The position numbers and the translations under genes were made by a program. Under the pieces are notes generated by a model. The model worked only from the letters and a program-made list of their open reading frames with translations, made no database searches and had not been told where the DNA came from. From Spirochaetia bacterium (lineage in GTDB: Bacteria > Spirochaetota > Spirochaetia > CADAEX01), in contig OY759746.1 of the NCBI GenBank assembly GCA_963662795.1, forward strand, positions 2,272,001 through 2,336,000: DNA of 64,000 nucleotides, given 5' to 3'. Shown here piece after piece: positions 31,220 through 41,602 of this stretch (the first letter of the stretch is position 1; every line of letters begins with the position of its first letter).

Positions 31220-31831
31220 TTAGTTCATTTTCGGCATTGGAAAAGAAAATGATGGCATTTTCTGTATCTCGATCCCTTTTGGAACCTGGAATTTGGATGC
31301 CGGGATTGAAGATGGGGTAGAAACTGATGTGGCTTCCATTGTTGTTTTCATCCCCTCATATTCAGTAACTACCTTAAGCGGCATACCTTCCCACAACCAG
31401 TATTTTTCCTGTCCGTCATCTTTCTTGTTCAGGTATATTGTGCATTTTTTACCGAGAATTGTTTCTGTTCCGACAGCAGTTCCCATGTCCTCTTCATCAA
31501 TATCCATATCAAGCGCCTCATTTTCCATCATACCGCCCATGCTGTCCAATGATTTAAGGTCCATGGCAGTTTTTTCATTCCAGTTGATCATGTATTCGCT
31601 GTCAGGTGTTATGATTGTCGTCGTACTCATTTCATCTGATTTGATTGTAGTAGACATATACACGCCGAATTTGTCAAATGCCATTTCCATAGTGCCGTTA
31701 CCCATGAATTCAGTATTATTGCCGGTAATTTTATAATTAATTACCGCCCTTTCGAGTTTGAATCCTTCTGCCGGAATCGTTGCAGATGCGGCGGTCAATA
31801 TCAGCAGTACGATTAAATATTTTTTCATCAT
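31220..31831 (-). CDS. Exported protein, DUF4412-like
   Basis: Signal peptide; GTETILGKKC and FQVPKG motifs typical of DUF4412/GLPGLI-like folds. Confidence 0.7.
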   Translation of the reverse strand: MMKKYLIVLLILTAASATIPAEGFKLERAVINYKITGNNTEFMGNGTMEMAFDKFGVYMSTTIKSDEMSTTTIITPDSEYMINWNEKTAMDLKSLDSMGGMMENEALDMDIDEEDMGTAVGTETILGKKCTIYLNKKDDGQEKYWLWEGMPLKVVTEYEGMKTTMEATSVSTPSSIPASKFQVPKGIEIQKMPSFSFPMPKMN

Positions 31832-31948
31832 TTCTATACTCCTTCAGAAATCCATTTTGTCAGGTATGATATTATAATATTTTTTATCGAACTTCAAATC
31901 CTTTAACTGATATTGAGTATTTGATATGCTATGATTATTAAAAAAAGA

Positions 31949-32020
31949 AGGCGCCGACCGGATTCGAACCGGTGCATGAAGGTTTTGCAGACCTCTCCCT
32001 TACCGCTTGGGTACGGCGCC
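31949..32020 (-). tRNA. tRNA-Cys(GCA)
   Basis: GGCGCCG acceptor, GAGGT-CTGCAAA-ACCTT anticodon arm, GTTCGAAT. Confidence 0.97.
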
Positions 32021-32045
32021 GTAGATGAAAAAAATATAACAGGAA

Positions 32046-33428
32046 TTGTTTTTAATGTCCAGAGATTTTGAGAGAAACAGGACTGTCCTAAAAACTGACA
32101 GACCTCTTGCCATGCTTATTATCCCCCCTGTATACGATTTTGCATTTTATGACCTCTATTTTAAGCCATACGGGCTTTTAAGAATCGGCCGCTGGCTTCA
32201 AAAGGGGGGATGGAACTGCCTGTTTGTAAATGCGCTTGACTACCGCGATGAAATATCTTTATCCCGGTTAAAACCGCCTCACAGGTATGCCAACGGGACA
32301 GGAAAAATGTTCAGGCAGCCTTTTCCAATGCCGGAAGGGGATTTCCCCTCTTCCAGAAGGTTTTCACGATATGGAATTACAGATGAGTCCTTAAGGTCAG
32401 GGATCGCCTCTTCCCGCAGGCCGGATATCATACTGATTTCAACCTTTATGACATACTGGTACAAAGGGGTAGTTGAAACTGCGCAATTGTGCAGAAAAAT
32501 CTGGCCGGGTGTGCCGGTCTTTACAGGCGGTATCTATGCAACACTTATGCCTGAGCACTGCAGAACAGCAACAGGGGCCGACCATGTTGTAAAAGGGGAA
32601 GCCTGGGATTATCTCAACAGGTATTTCAGCAAATCTGCCCTGCCGGTTTGTGATAAAAGCCCCTGTGATGAGGATTTTCTTATGGAAAGTGAGGTCTGGA
32701 AAGATGCGGCGGTTCTGCGGCTTAATACAGGGTGCCCCATGCGGTGCAGCTACTGCGCATCATCGATGATCGCGGGATTCTCTGAAGGGTCTCCTGACGC
32801 AGTATTTAATCAGTTCCGGGCAATCCATGAAAAATACGGGACAGTTAATTTTGCTTTTTATGATGATGCCCTGCTTTTTAAAAAAGATAAGATACTGCTT
32901 CCGTTCCTTGAAAAAGTAATTGCAAGCGGAATAGAGGCAAATTTTTATGTTCCAAACGCTGTTCATATCGATTTTCTCGACAGCGAATCTGTAAAACTGA
33001 TGAGGAAGGCCGGCTTCAGGGAGATAAGGCTCGGATTTGAAAGTTCTGATCCTGAGTTCCATAAAAATAACGGCAGAAAGTATGATGAGGGTACGTTCCC
33101 TTCAGTGATCGAAAAACTAAAATCCGGCGGATTCTCTGAACGGAATGAAATAATTATCTATATCCTTGCCGGGCTTCCCGGCCAGCTCCGGGATGAGGTT
33201 TTGAATACCGTAAAGTATCTTTCCGGTTTCAATGTGCGCATAAGCGTTTCTGAGTATTCACCTGTGCCGGGGTCATTCCTCTGGGAAGATAGTGTGAGGA
33301 AAAGCCGTTATCCGATAGCGGAAGATCCGCTTTTTCACAACAACTCCATTTTCCCCATGTCGTGGGAGAAGTTTACCTACGAAGATATGCAGAGGCTTAA
33401 AACACTTGCCTCTGAGCTCTCTGTCTGA
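32046..33428 (+). CDS. B12-binding-domain radical SAM protein (start uncertain)
   Basis: KPYGLL, GGIYATL (cobalamin-binding-like), CPMRCSYC, FYDDA, LGFES, YSPVPGS. Confidence 0.85.
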   Translation: MFLMSRDFERNRTVLKTDRPLAMLIIPPVYDFAFYDLYFKPYGLLRIGRWLQKGGWNCLFVNALDYRDEISLSRLKPPHRYANGTGKMFRQPFPMPEGDFPSSRRFSRYGITDESLRSGIASSRRPDIILISTFMTYWYKGVVETAQLCRKIWPGVPVFTGGIYATLMPEHCRTATGADHVVKGEAWDYLNRYFSKSALPVCDKSPCDEDFLMESEVWKDAAVLRLNTGCPMRCSYCASSMIAGFSEGSPDAVFNQFRAIHEKYGTVNFAFYDDALLFKKDKILLPFLEKVIASGIEANFYVPNAVHIDFLDSESVKLMRKAGFREIRLGFESSDPEFHKNNGRKYDEGTFPSVIEKLKSGGFSERNEIIIYILAGLPGQLRDEVLNTVKYLSGFNVRISVSEYSPVPGSFLWEDSVRKSRYPIAEDPLFHNNSIFPMSWEKFTYEDMQRLKTLASELSV

Positions 33429-33468
33429 TGCCTTGCGGAAAACATGCGCCGGACCCGGGGGGCAGCCG

Positions 33469-34545
33469 TTATACAAGCTCGTCCCTCATACTCTCGGCAG
33501 TATTTCCCAGGAGAAGGGCGATGGCATCTTTTGCAGAGATGTCCTTGTTTATTATATTGTAGACAATGTTTGATATCGGCAGTTTTATTTTATACTGATC
33601 AATAATCTGCCTTACAAATTTGGCTGCAACCGCTCCTTCCGGAAGGTACCCCACCTTGTCAATGTTGCTGATCATGTCGTCTATTCCTGTGAACTTATCA
33701 AGTATATTTTTTAACACTATATCCCTGCCGAAACGCCTGTTTCTGCCGTGTATGCTCCTGCAGGTTACGTCAAGATCGCCGACTCCCGAAATTGATGTAA
33801 ATGTTTCAGGATGTGTTGCCCCTAGTACTTTTCCTATTTTCTGGATTTCGTTAAGCCCTGCCGCAAGAAGGAGTGATTCTGTATTGTCTCCGAAATAATC
33901 TGAATTTTCCTTTAAAGCATCAAGCATTCCGAAAGCTATAGCAATAACATTTTTTGTGGCTGCGCATGTCTGAACGCCTATGACATCAATTGAGGAAAAA
34001 ACAAAAAGAGAGGGACTTGTAAGGAGTTCCCTGAACCTGATTGAGTTTCTTCCGTTTCTGCATGCGCTTATCAGCCCGGTTAATTTATTTACCGAGACCT
34101 CTTCCGCGTGGCTTGGCCCCGCTATATAGACAATATTGTCCCTGTAGAAACCGGGGAAATAATCCTCGAGTGTGCTTACTATAAGTTTTGGCCCTGAAGG
34201 GGATGCAATAAATCCTTTTGTTATTATGCCGACTGTTGTTTTGCCTTCCCTTATATCTCTGGCTTCAAGAATTTTTTTTACAGTATCAACAAGATAGATT
34301 GAAGGAGTCGCGATAATCAGAAAATCCTTGTCGTTTGCGGCTTCGATAATATCTGTAGTCGCGCTTAAATCAGGCGGAAGCGTTATTCCCGGAAGATAAC
34401 GGCTGTTAAGATGATTTTTGTTTATATCATCGACAACCTCTTTCATGAAATCCCACATCCGGACTTTTATCCCCTTCTGCGCAATCTGTTTGCCGATTGC
34501 TGTTCCCCATGCTCCAGAACTTATTATTCCGACTTTTATACTCAT
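33469..34545 (-). CDS. gpsA: NAD(P)H-dependent glycerol-3-phosphate dehydrogenase
   Basis: SGAWGTA, TKG, GPSHAEEV, KNVIAI, GVGDLDVTC, RNRRFG. Confidence 0.93.
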   Translation of the reverse strand: MSIKVGIISSGAWGTAIGKQIAQKGIKVRMWDFMKEVVDDINKNHLNSRYLPGITLPPDLSATTDIIEAANDKDFLIIATPSIYLVDTVKKILEARDIREGKTTVGIITKGFIASPSGPKLIVSTLEDYFPGFYRDNIVYIAGPSHAEEVSVNKLTGLISACRNGRNSIRFRELLTSPSLFVFSSIDVIGVQTCAATKNVIAIAFGMLDALKENSDYFGDNTESLLLAAGLNEIQKIGKVLGATHPETFTSISGVGDLDVTCRSIHGRNRRFGRDIVLKNILDKFTGIDDMISNIDKVGYLPEGAVAAKFVRQIIDQYKIKLPISNIVYNIINKDISAKDAIALLLGNTAESMRDELV

Positions 34546-36392
34546 TTTCCGGTATCTCCTGTTTGTGCTTGTTTCGAAAATTCATCAATAATTTCACGGA
34601 TATAATCAAGGCTGTCAAGCCAGAACGCTTCGTTTTCGATATTAAATCCTGCTTTTGCAGCTGTTTCTTCCGCACCGGCCCTGCCTGACATTTTAAGTAT
34701 CTCTTTGTACTGTGCGGGGAAATTTAATCTGTCTGACAAATATTTCCTGTAAAGAGCAATCCCGAAGAGCTGGCCGAATGCGTAAGGGTAATTATAAAAA
34801 CTTAAGGAAGGAATATAGTAATGCCCTTTGACTGCCCACATATAATGGTGACAGGACCGCCTCTCAATGGACTTTCCATAAGTTTTTTTCTGTGCGGCCT
34901 TCATGAGGGCCGAATATTCATCAGCGCTCAATTCTCCCTCTTCCCGTTTTTTAAATACAGATTGTTCGAAGTAAAATCTTGAGAGTATATCGACAATTAC
35001 CTGTGTTATTTCCTGAAGAAAAATCTCCATAATTGGAAGTTTGCCTTCAGGCGGCGCGTTTTTGATTGCTGTATCGAAAATAAGTATTTCCGAAAATATG
35101 GAAGCAGTCTCTGCAAGGGTCATGGGATAATCCTGATGGATATGGCTGTCGTTTTTAAGGACTTCAGCGTGCCATGCGTGACCCAGTTCATGCGCAACTG
35201 TGGATACAGAAGAAAAGTTTCCGCTGTAGTTGCAGAGTATCCTGCTCATCCGGGCAGACGGGAAATTTATGCAGTATGCACCCCCGACTTTTCCTTTCTG
35301 CGGAAGGGCATCGATCCATTTTTCATCAAAAGCTTTTACAGCAAAATTTCCCATTTCCTCTGAAAAGCCGGTAAAAGTTTCTGTTATGAATTTTCTCCCC
35401 TTTTCAAACGGCCAGCTGCCTTTTCCTGACGATCCGTCATCAGGGAGCGGGACACTGTCAGGGAGCGGGGCAAAAATATCGTAAAAGGCAAGTTTTTCAA
35501 GGCCGAGAAGCGAGGCTTTACTGTTAAGGTATTTATGAAAAGATGGAAGTGATTTTTCCATTGCCCCGGTAAGTGCTTTCAGGGTCTTTCCGGATATGCG
35601 CGCCTGAAAAGCTGATTTTTCAATTGCGGATTTCCATCCTTTTCTTCTGTTCAGGATAATGTTAAACCCTTTTACTCCGTTAAGCGCAAAAGAAAGCGGT
35701 ATTTCAACGCTTCTCCATGCCTCAATTTCCTTTTTAAAAGCCTTCTTTCTTGTTTCCCTGTCGCTGCCAAAGGCAAGGGCCCTTAACTCTGTTACGGTTT
35801 TTCTCTCTTTCGCGCTGCGGCCCCATTTAACGCTAAGATCAGATGATACAGCTTCCTGAAGTCTGGACCAGGAGTTCGCCCCCGGCTGCAGCATCTCTTC
35901 TACCAGATCCTCCATCTCTTCCGAAAGCTGGTGTTTTTTAAGCTCTGCTGTTTCGGAAAGGAAAAGGCGGTAGCCGGAAAAAAAACTGTCAGCAGGGTTT
36001 CCCGCTGCCCTTTTATCAATTTCTGCTTCTGACAGTTTGAAATATTTCCTGAAAAGGGTTTTAGCTCTGTACAGGTTCAATTTTTCTTTTTCAAGGGAAT
36101 TGAGCTCTTTAAGTACTGAAGCGTCCGCAGTATTCACAGAATAAAGGGCGTAGCAGAAGGAATAGAGGTTTTCATACAGCGAACCTGAGTATTCCATCTT
36201 CTTTACCGCATCTTTAATCCATTGAATATCATCAGCAGATGCTCCCTCTCCCTTTTTGACAGCATCAAGTGCTTCCTGAAAAGAGTCTGCAAGTCTTTTT
36301 TTATCATTTTTATATGAGGAGTCATCAACCCCCCTGTAAATGGCTGTCAGATCCCAGCGGGGAAGGGGAGTATTCATGTCGGAATTATTCAT
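34542..36392 (-). CDS. M3B oligoendopeptidase (PepF-like)
   Basis: WDL N-terminus, KGKVGGAYC, HELGH, LAETASIF, FYNYPYAFG. Confidence 0.92.
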   Translation of the reverse strand: MNNSDMNTPLPRWDLTAIYRGVDDSSYKNDKKRLADSFQEALDAVKKGEGASADDIQWIKDAVKKMEYSGSLYENLYSFCYALYSVNTADASVLKELNSLEKEKLNLYRAKTLFRKYFKLSEAEIDKRAAGNPADSFFSGYRLFLSETAELKKHQLSEEMEDLVEEMLQPGANSWSRLQEAVSSDLSVKWGRSAKERKTVTELRALAFGSDRETRKKAFKKEIEAWRSVEIPLSFALNGVKGFNIILNRRKGWKSAIEKSAFQARISGKTLKALTGAMEKSLPSFHKYLNSKASLLGLEKLAFYDIFAPLPDSVPLPDDGSSGKGSWPFEKGRKFITETFTGFSEEMGNFAVKAFDEKWIDALPQKGKVGGAYCINFPSARMSRILCNYSGNFSSVSTVAHELGHAWHAEVLKNDSHIHQDYPMTLAETASIFSEILIFDTAIKNAPPEGKLPIMEIFLQEITQVIVDILSRFYFEQSVFKKREEGELSADEYSALMKAAQKKTYGKSIERRSCHHYMWAVKGHYYIPSLSFYNYPYAFGQLFGIALYRKYLSDRLNFPAQYKEILKMSGRAGAEETAAKAGFNIENEAFWLDSLDYIREIIDEFSKQAQTGDTGK

Positions 36393-36621
36393 GGTTCATT
36401 GTTCCTTAATCAGTCCGGATTTTGCATTCCTGCCCATAAGAGCATCAGTCCTTTTTAAGCCTGTCATTGAAAATATATCATAAAAAAATGTTTTTTAAAT
36501 ACAAATAATAGCTTAAAGCGCAGCTTCCGAGCCGTCTGCTTGTATAATAATTAAAGATACTGTATTCTCAGCCTACCACCTTTTCAGGTCAATTCTTAAT
36601 AAACAGCAGGTAAAGAAAAAA

Positions 36622-38484
36622 ATGACTCAGGCAACGGCTTCAGAGATAATGAATAAAATTGAAACAAGAAATGAATTAATCAGAAATATTGCGATAATAG
36701 CCCATGTAGACCACGGTAAAACTACTCTGGTAGATTCAATGTTCAAACAGAGCGGTATTTTCAGGGCAAATGAAAAAGTACGTGAAAGGATTATGGACAG
36801 CGGTGAGCTTGAGAGGGAGAGGGGTATAACAATTTCTGCCAAGAACTGTGAAGTTTTATGGAACGGAATCAAGATTAATATTCTCGATACCCCGGGTCAC
36901 GCTGATTTCGGAGGCGAGGTAGAGCGGGCCCTTTCAATGGTTGACGGGGTTGTGCTTCTTGTTGATGCTGCCGAAGGTCCGCTGCCCCAGACAAGATTTG
37001 TCCTTTCAAAAGCGCTTAAAAATTCACTCGAAATAATTATAGTAATCAACAAGATCGACAGGGACGATGCGAGGCCCGAAGAGGTTTATCACAAAGTGCT
37101 TGAACTTTTAATCGATCTCGGGGCTGATGATAAATACATCGACAGCCCCCTTATCTATGCCAACGGCAGGGAGGGAATAGCCAAATTTTCCCTTTCCGAT
37201 GAAGTATCGAATCTCGCTCCGCTGATGGATACAATCATAAATCATATTCCCGCCCCTTTGTGCGACATGGAAGCCCCTTTCCAGATGCTTGTTGCCGACC
37301 TTGATTATTCCGATTACCTGGGAAGAATGGCAATAGGCAAAATTCAGAACGGAATAGTATCGATTAACGATAAGCTTGTAAGTGTCGGAGCAGGCGGTGT
37401 TATAAAACCTGTCAAGGTCTCCCAGATCCAGGTATACAGCGGAACTGGCCTTGAAGTTGTGGAATCGCTTGCCGCAGGCGACATTGTAATACTATCGGGA
37501 GTCAGCGATATTTCCATAGGAGATACAATATGCAGCGCGCTTCAGCCGACAGCCCTTCCCAGGATCGAAATTGATGAGCCTACTGTCGCTGTCCGCTTTT
37601 CTCCCAACAACTCGCCTTTTGCAGGAAAAGAAGGAAAATTTGTTCAGGGCAGCAAGATACTTGAAAGGCTGAAAAAAGAGACCCTGAGGAATGTAGCCCT
37701 CCAGGTGGAAACCCCCAATGACAACGAAGGATTCCTTGTCAAGGGAAGGGGAGAATTCCAGATGGCCATTCTTATTGAAACATTGAGAAGGGAAGGATAT
37801 GAGTTCTGCGTCGGCCGCCCGCAGGTTATATTCAAATATGATGAAAAGGGAAAAAAACTTGAGCCCATTGAGCATCTTGTAATAAGCGCTGCCAAAGAAT
37901 ATTCAGGAATTATCTCTGAAGCTCTGATGCAGAGAAAAGGGATAATGTCCGGCTATACTCCATGCGACAACGGGACACTTCTTCTTGAATTTTCAGTTCC
38001 TTCACGCTCTCTTATAGGCTACAGGGACAAGTTTATGACTGATACAAAAGGCACAGGACTCATGAACTCCTATTTTTCAGGATATGAGGAATACAGGGGC
38101 GATTTTCAGTCCCGAACAACCGGCTCTCTTGTTTCAGACAGGGGAGGGGAGGCTGTTGCCTACGCAATATTTAATCTTGAACCGAGAGGCACCATGTATA
38201 TCGTGCCCGGCGACCCTGTTTATGAGGGGATGATAGTCGGGGAGCATAACAGGGAAAATGACCTTTACCTGAATCCGACAAAAACAAAGCAGCTTACAAA
38301 CATAAGGGCCGCCAACAAGGACCATGCCTGCGTTCTTATTCCTGTATCGCCAATGACACCTGAAAAAGCCCTTAATACAATCAGGGAAGATGAGCTTGTT
38401 GAAGTAACTCCTCTTTCCATAAGGCTCAGGAAAAGGATTCTTGTGCGGGCAGAAAGAAAGATAGTTGAAAAATACGGACAGTAA
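36622..38484 (+). CDS. typA: Translational GTPase TypA/BipA
   Basis: AHVDHGKTTL, ERGITI, DTPGHADFGGEVER, NKID, GRGE, YEGMIVG. Confidence 0.96.
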   Translation: MTQATASEIMNKIETRNELIRNIAIIAHVDHGKTTLVDSMFKQSGIFRANEKVRERIMDSGELERERGITISAKNCEVLWNGIKINILDTPGHADFGGEVERALSMVDGVVLLVDAAEGPLPQTRFVLSKALKNSLEIIIVINKIDRDDARPEEVYHKVLELLIDLGADDKYIDSPLIYANGREGIAKFSLSDEVSNLAPLMDTIINHIPAPLCDMEAPFQMLVADLDYSDYLGRMAIGKIQNGIVSINDKLVSVGAGGVIKPVKVSQIQVYSGTGLEVVESLAAGDIVILSGVSDISIGDTICSALQPTALPRIEIDEPTVAVRFSPNNSPFAGKEGKFVQGSKILERLKKETLRNVALQVETPNDNEGFLVKGRGEFQMAILIETLRREGYEFCVGRPQVIFKYDEKGKKLEPIEHLVISAAKEYSGIISEALMQRKGIMSGYTPCDNGTLLLEFSVPSRSLIGYRDKFMTDTKGTGLMNSYFSGYEEYRGDFQSRTTGSLVSDRGGEAVAYAIFNLEPRGTMYIVPGDPVYEGMIVGEHNRENDLYLNPTKTKQLTNIRAANKDHACVLIPVSPMTPEKALNTIREDELVEVTPLSIRLRKRILVRAERKIVEKYGQ

Positions 38485-38508
38485 TTACAACGCTGTTCTT
38501 AAGACCTG

Positions 38509-39528
38509 TTATTCAGCAGCTAATGATTTTTCCAGAAATACGCCATGGGTTCCATAATCATTCCATTTAAGGCTTTTGGATTTCTTTAAGCACTGAGGCT
38601 GGAATCCGTCTATGGTTATTCTTGAATTGAGACTTTCCGAAAAAACATAATATTCTTTTTCATTTTTTTTAAGTATTCCTGAATATTCATGTTTTCCCTC
38701 TTCACGGCTGTCAATTTCTCCGACAAGGGTTTGGCGCATAACAGCATAAATGACATTTTTCCCGAGATTCAAATCAAGCCATTCTGTAGTTTTTATAAAC
38801 CCCGGCAGCTTACTGTGTTCCTTTGAAGAAGAATCCGGAGCTTTATTTCCCCTGTTTTGACTTATCAGCTCTGAAAGCCCGTAATGTTCGTTATTATAAG
38901 CCGCTTCATGAGGCAGCAGTCCTTCGTTGTCCGGAATATCAGCTGATGCTCCGTACTGAATCAGTGTTTTCGCGGCAGGAATATGCCCTCCCGCTGCCGC
39001 CTCCAGCAGGGGTGTGCTTCCGTTAACATTCTGTGTATCTACAGCCGCACCGCTTTCGAGCAGGAATTCCACAATATTGTTATGGCCGTACATGGCGGCA
39101 TACAGGAGCGGAGTGTTTCCGAATATATCGGGAGAATGCTTATCCCTGCACAGGGGGAGAAGTATTTCAACCATCGCGAGATGACCGAATCCGGCTGCCG
39201 CGTGAAGTACTCCGTAGCCGCTTCTGTCTTTTATATTAATATCTGCATTATGATCAATCAGGTGGCTTATATATTCAATATGCCCGGTTTTTGCCGCTAT
39301 CAGGGCAGGGGTTTCATTTTCACTGTTAACAGCGTTTACTTCCGCTCCGCTGTCAAGAAGCTCTCTGACAATTGTCATACTGCCCTTCCCGCAGGAAACA
39401 ATCAGCGGTGTATTGCCGTTTTTATCCCTGCAGTCAATATTTCTTATCTTTCTGATAATGGACAGCGCTTCTTCAGTATTACCACTATCAATTACCTTAA
39501 AAAGTTTATTTGATCTACTGAACAGCAT
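38509..39528 (-). CDS. Ankyrin-repeat protein with unrecognised C-terminal domain
   Basis: Repeated G-x-TPL...GA-x-VN ankyrin units over the first ~225 aa. Confidence 0.9.
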   Translation of the reverse strand: MLFSRSNKLFKVIDSGNTEEALSIIRKIRNIDCRDKNGNTPLIVSCGKGSMTIVRELLDSGAEVNAVNSENETPALIAAKTGHIEYISHLIDHNADINIKDRSGYGVLHAAAGFGHLAMVEILLPLCRDKHSPDIFGNTPLLYAAMYGHNNIVEFLLESGAAVDTQNVNGSTPLLEAAAGGHIPAAKTLIQYGASADIPDNEGLLPHEAAYNNEHYGLSELISQNRGNKAPDSSSKEHSKLPGFIKTTEWLDLNLGKNVIYAVMRQTLVGEIDSREEGKHEYSGILKKNEKEYYVFSESLNSRITIDGFQPQCLKKSKSLKWNDYGTHGVFLEKSLAAE

Positions 39529-39714
39529 TATTGTCTCCCTGATAATAATAAAATAATGAATTTTTATTAAAACTGTAATAATTATCGTCAGAAACAGATG
39601 ATGTGCTTATTAAAGTTTGCAGCCATACTCTCAGGGTTCAACAGGTACCCTTCCTCTTGAGTTTTTTTAACCGGCAGATATAATTCATGGAGTGTTAGTA
39701 TCGACAGGAGTATT

Positions 39715-40989
39715 ATGACTTATACAAAACGTCTGAAAATTATTGTCTTATTAGGTACTTTATTCCAAACCGCAGCAGTTTTAATGTTGTTTACGCTTCC
39801 TTCAGCAGTTTTCCCTGAATCACCGCCTCAGCAGGATCTGGAACTTCAGCCGGATCAGCCGCAGGTCAACTGCCGTTCTGCGGTGCTCTATGACGTTACA
39901 TCCGGCACGCTTTTATACGAAAAGAACGCTGATGAGGTTATACCGCCCGCCTCGATGACAAAGCTGATGTCTCTTCATCTTCTCTTTAACGCGGTTGATG
40001 AAGGGCATCTTTCTCTTGACACTTTAATCCCTGTAAGCAGAACCGCATCCTTTAAATCAAGCCCTCCGCATTCCTCCCTGATGTTTCTTGAGGAAGGGCA
40101 GCGTGTTACGCTTCTTGAGCTAATGAAAGGGCTTGCTGTTGCATCAGGCAATGATGCAGGCATTGCAGCAGCAGAGGCAGTTTCCGGTTCTCTTTCTGAA
40201 TTTATAAAATTGATGAACAGAGAAGCTGAAAAACTGGGCCTTGAGAAGACATATTTTGCAGACCCTTCAGGCTACAGCAGCGAAAATCAGACTACGGCAC
40301 GGGATTTCGCGCAATTTTGTATGTTTTACCTTGATAAGCATCCCGAAGCCCTGTCCCTGCTTCATTCACTTCCGGACTTTACCTATCCAAAAAAGGGAAA
40401 CATCCCGCCGGGCGGCAGGAGCACTCATGGCCCAATTACGCAGAAGAACAATAATCTTCTCCTTGGAAGCCTTGAAGGGGTCGACGGCCTGAAGACAGGA
40501 TATATTGATGAATCAGGTTACAATATAGCACTTACCGCTGAAAGGGGAGGGCGGCGTCTTCTTGCGGTTACAATGGGAGGGGAAAAGGAGAAGGGAATAC
40601 TTAACAGGGCGATAGACGGGGCGGTACTTCTTTCGTACGGCTTTTATTACTTTAAAACCTTTTATCCTGTGCTGCCGGATCTGCCGCCGCGCAAAGTCTT
40701 TAAGGGAAAGACGGGACGGGCTGCCGTTACAGCTTCAGTTCCTGCCGTTACCCTGCCGAGGGATTCATCAGGACCCACAGGGAACCTTAAATGGCAGGTA
40801 AACTGGGGCGCGCCGCTTGCCGCCCCTTTTAATAAGGGACAGAAAGCAGGCGAGATATCACTTCTCGACGGCGGCGGCAGAGTCCTCTTTACCCGCCCGA
40901 TAACAACGGTTGAAAGCGCTGAAAAAGGCCAGCTGATTAAACAGCTTTTTGATTCAATCCTCCTTTATTTTATGGGGCTGTTCAGTTAA
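39715..40989 (+). CDS. D-alanyl-D-alanine carboxypeptidase (peptidase S11)
   Basis: PASMTK, SGND, KTG motifs; signal peptide. Confidence 0.93.
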   Translation: MTYTKRLKIIVLLGTLFQTAAVLMLFTLPSAVFPESPPQQDLELQPDQPQVNCRSAVLYDVTSGTLLYEKNADEVIPPASMTKLMSLHLLFNAVDEGHLSLDTLIPVSRTASFKSSPPHSSLMFLEEGQRVTLLELMKGLAVASGNDAGIAAAEAVSGSLSEFIKLMNREAEKLGLEKTYFADPSGYSSENQTTARDFAQFCMFYLDKHPEALSLLHSLPDFTYPKKGNIPPGGRSTHGPITQKNNNLLLGSLEGVDGLKTGYIDESGYNIALTAERGGRRLLAVTMGGEKEKGILNRAIDGAVLLSYGFYYFKTFYPVLPDLPPRKVFKGKTGRAAVTASVPAVTLPRDSSGPTGNLKWQVNWGAPLAAPFNKGQKAGEISLLDGGGRVLFTRPITTVESAEKGQLIKQLFDSILLYFMGLFS

Positions 40990-41063
40990 TTATCGTGATA
41001 TAATTTTATTTATGATTTGCCGGATGTAATTCACCGGCAATCATTTGCAGGGAGGCCGGCAGC

Positions 41064-41516
41064 GTGAAAAGTATTTCTTTTTCCTGTATATTGTTTTTTA
41101 TGATTACCGAAGGGTGCAGCAGTATGGACGGCAGTAAAAAGGCATCTGAAACCGGTCTTCTTCCCCCTTGTCCCTTGACGCCCAACTGTGTTTCATCCCA
41201 GTCAAAAGACTCCGTGCAGCATATTGATCCGATAGAATATTCCGGAATGACAGGGGATGAGGCTTTTGATAAAATGGTCCGCCTCCTTGAAAGTGAAAAA
41301 AGGGTCAGGATAGTAAAGGCTGATAAAGGTAAATATGGTTATATCCATGCCGAATTCCGTACCCTTGTTTTCCGTTTTACAGATGATGTCGAATTTGGCT
41401 TCCCCCCTGATAAAAATATAATAGATGTGAGATCTGTCTCGAGGCTCGGGATATCGGACCTGGGAGTAAACAGACGGCGGGTTGAACATATAAGAAAGAG
41501 GGTCCTCTCTGAATAA
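41064..41516 (+). CDS. DUF1499 family protein
   Basis: CPLTPNCVSSQ, FTDDVEF, RSVSRLGISDLGVNRRR. Confidence 0.9.
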   Translation: MKSISFSCILFFMITEGCSSMDGSKKASETGLLPPCPLTPNCVSSQSKDSVQHIDPIEYSGMTGDEAFDKMVRLLESEKRVRIVKADKGKYGYIHAEFRTLVFRFTDDVEFGFPPDKNIIDVRSVSRLGISDLGVNRRRVEHIRKRVLSE

Positions 41517-41602
41517 TCTCATCTGACAATAAAATTCCCGGGTTGCTTTATTTATATTGACTCCTGCCTTTTTATCTCCTACCATTATGATAGGAGATAA
41601 AT

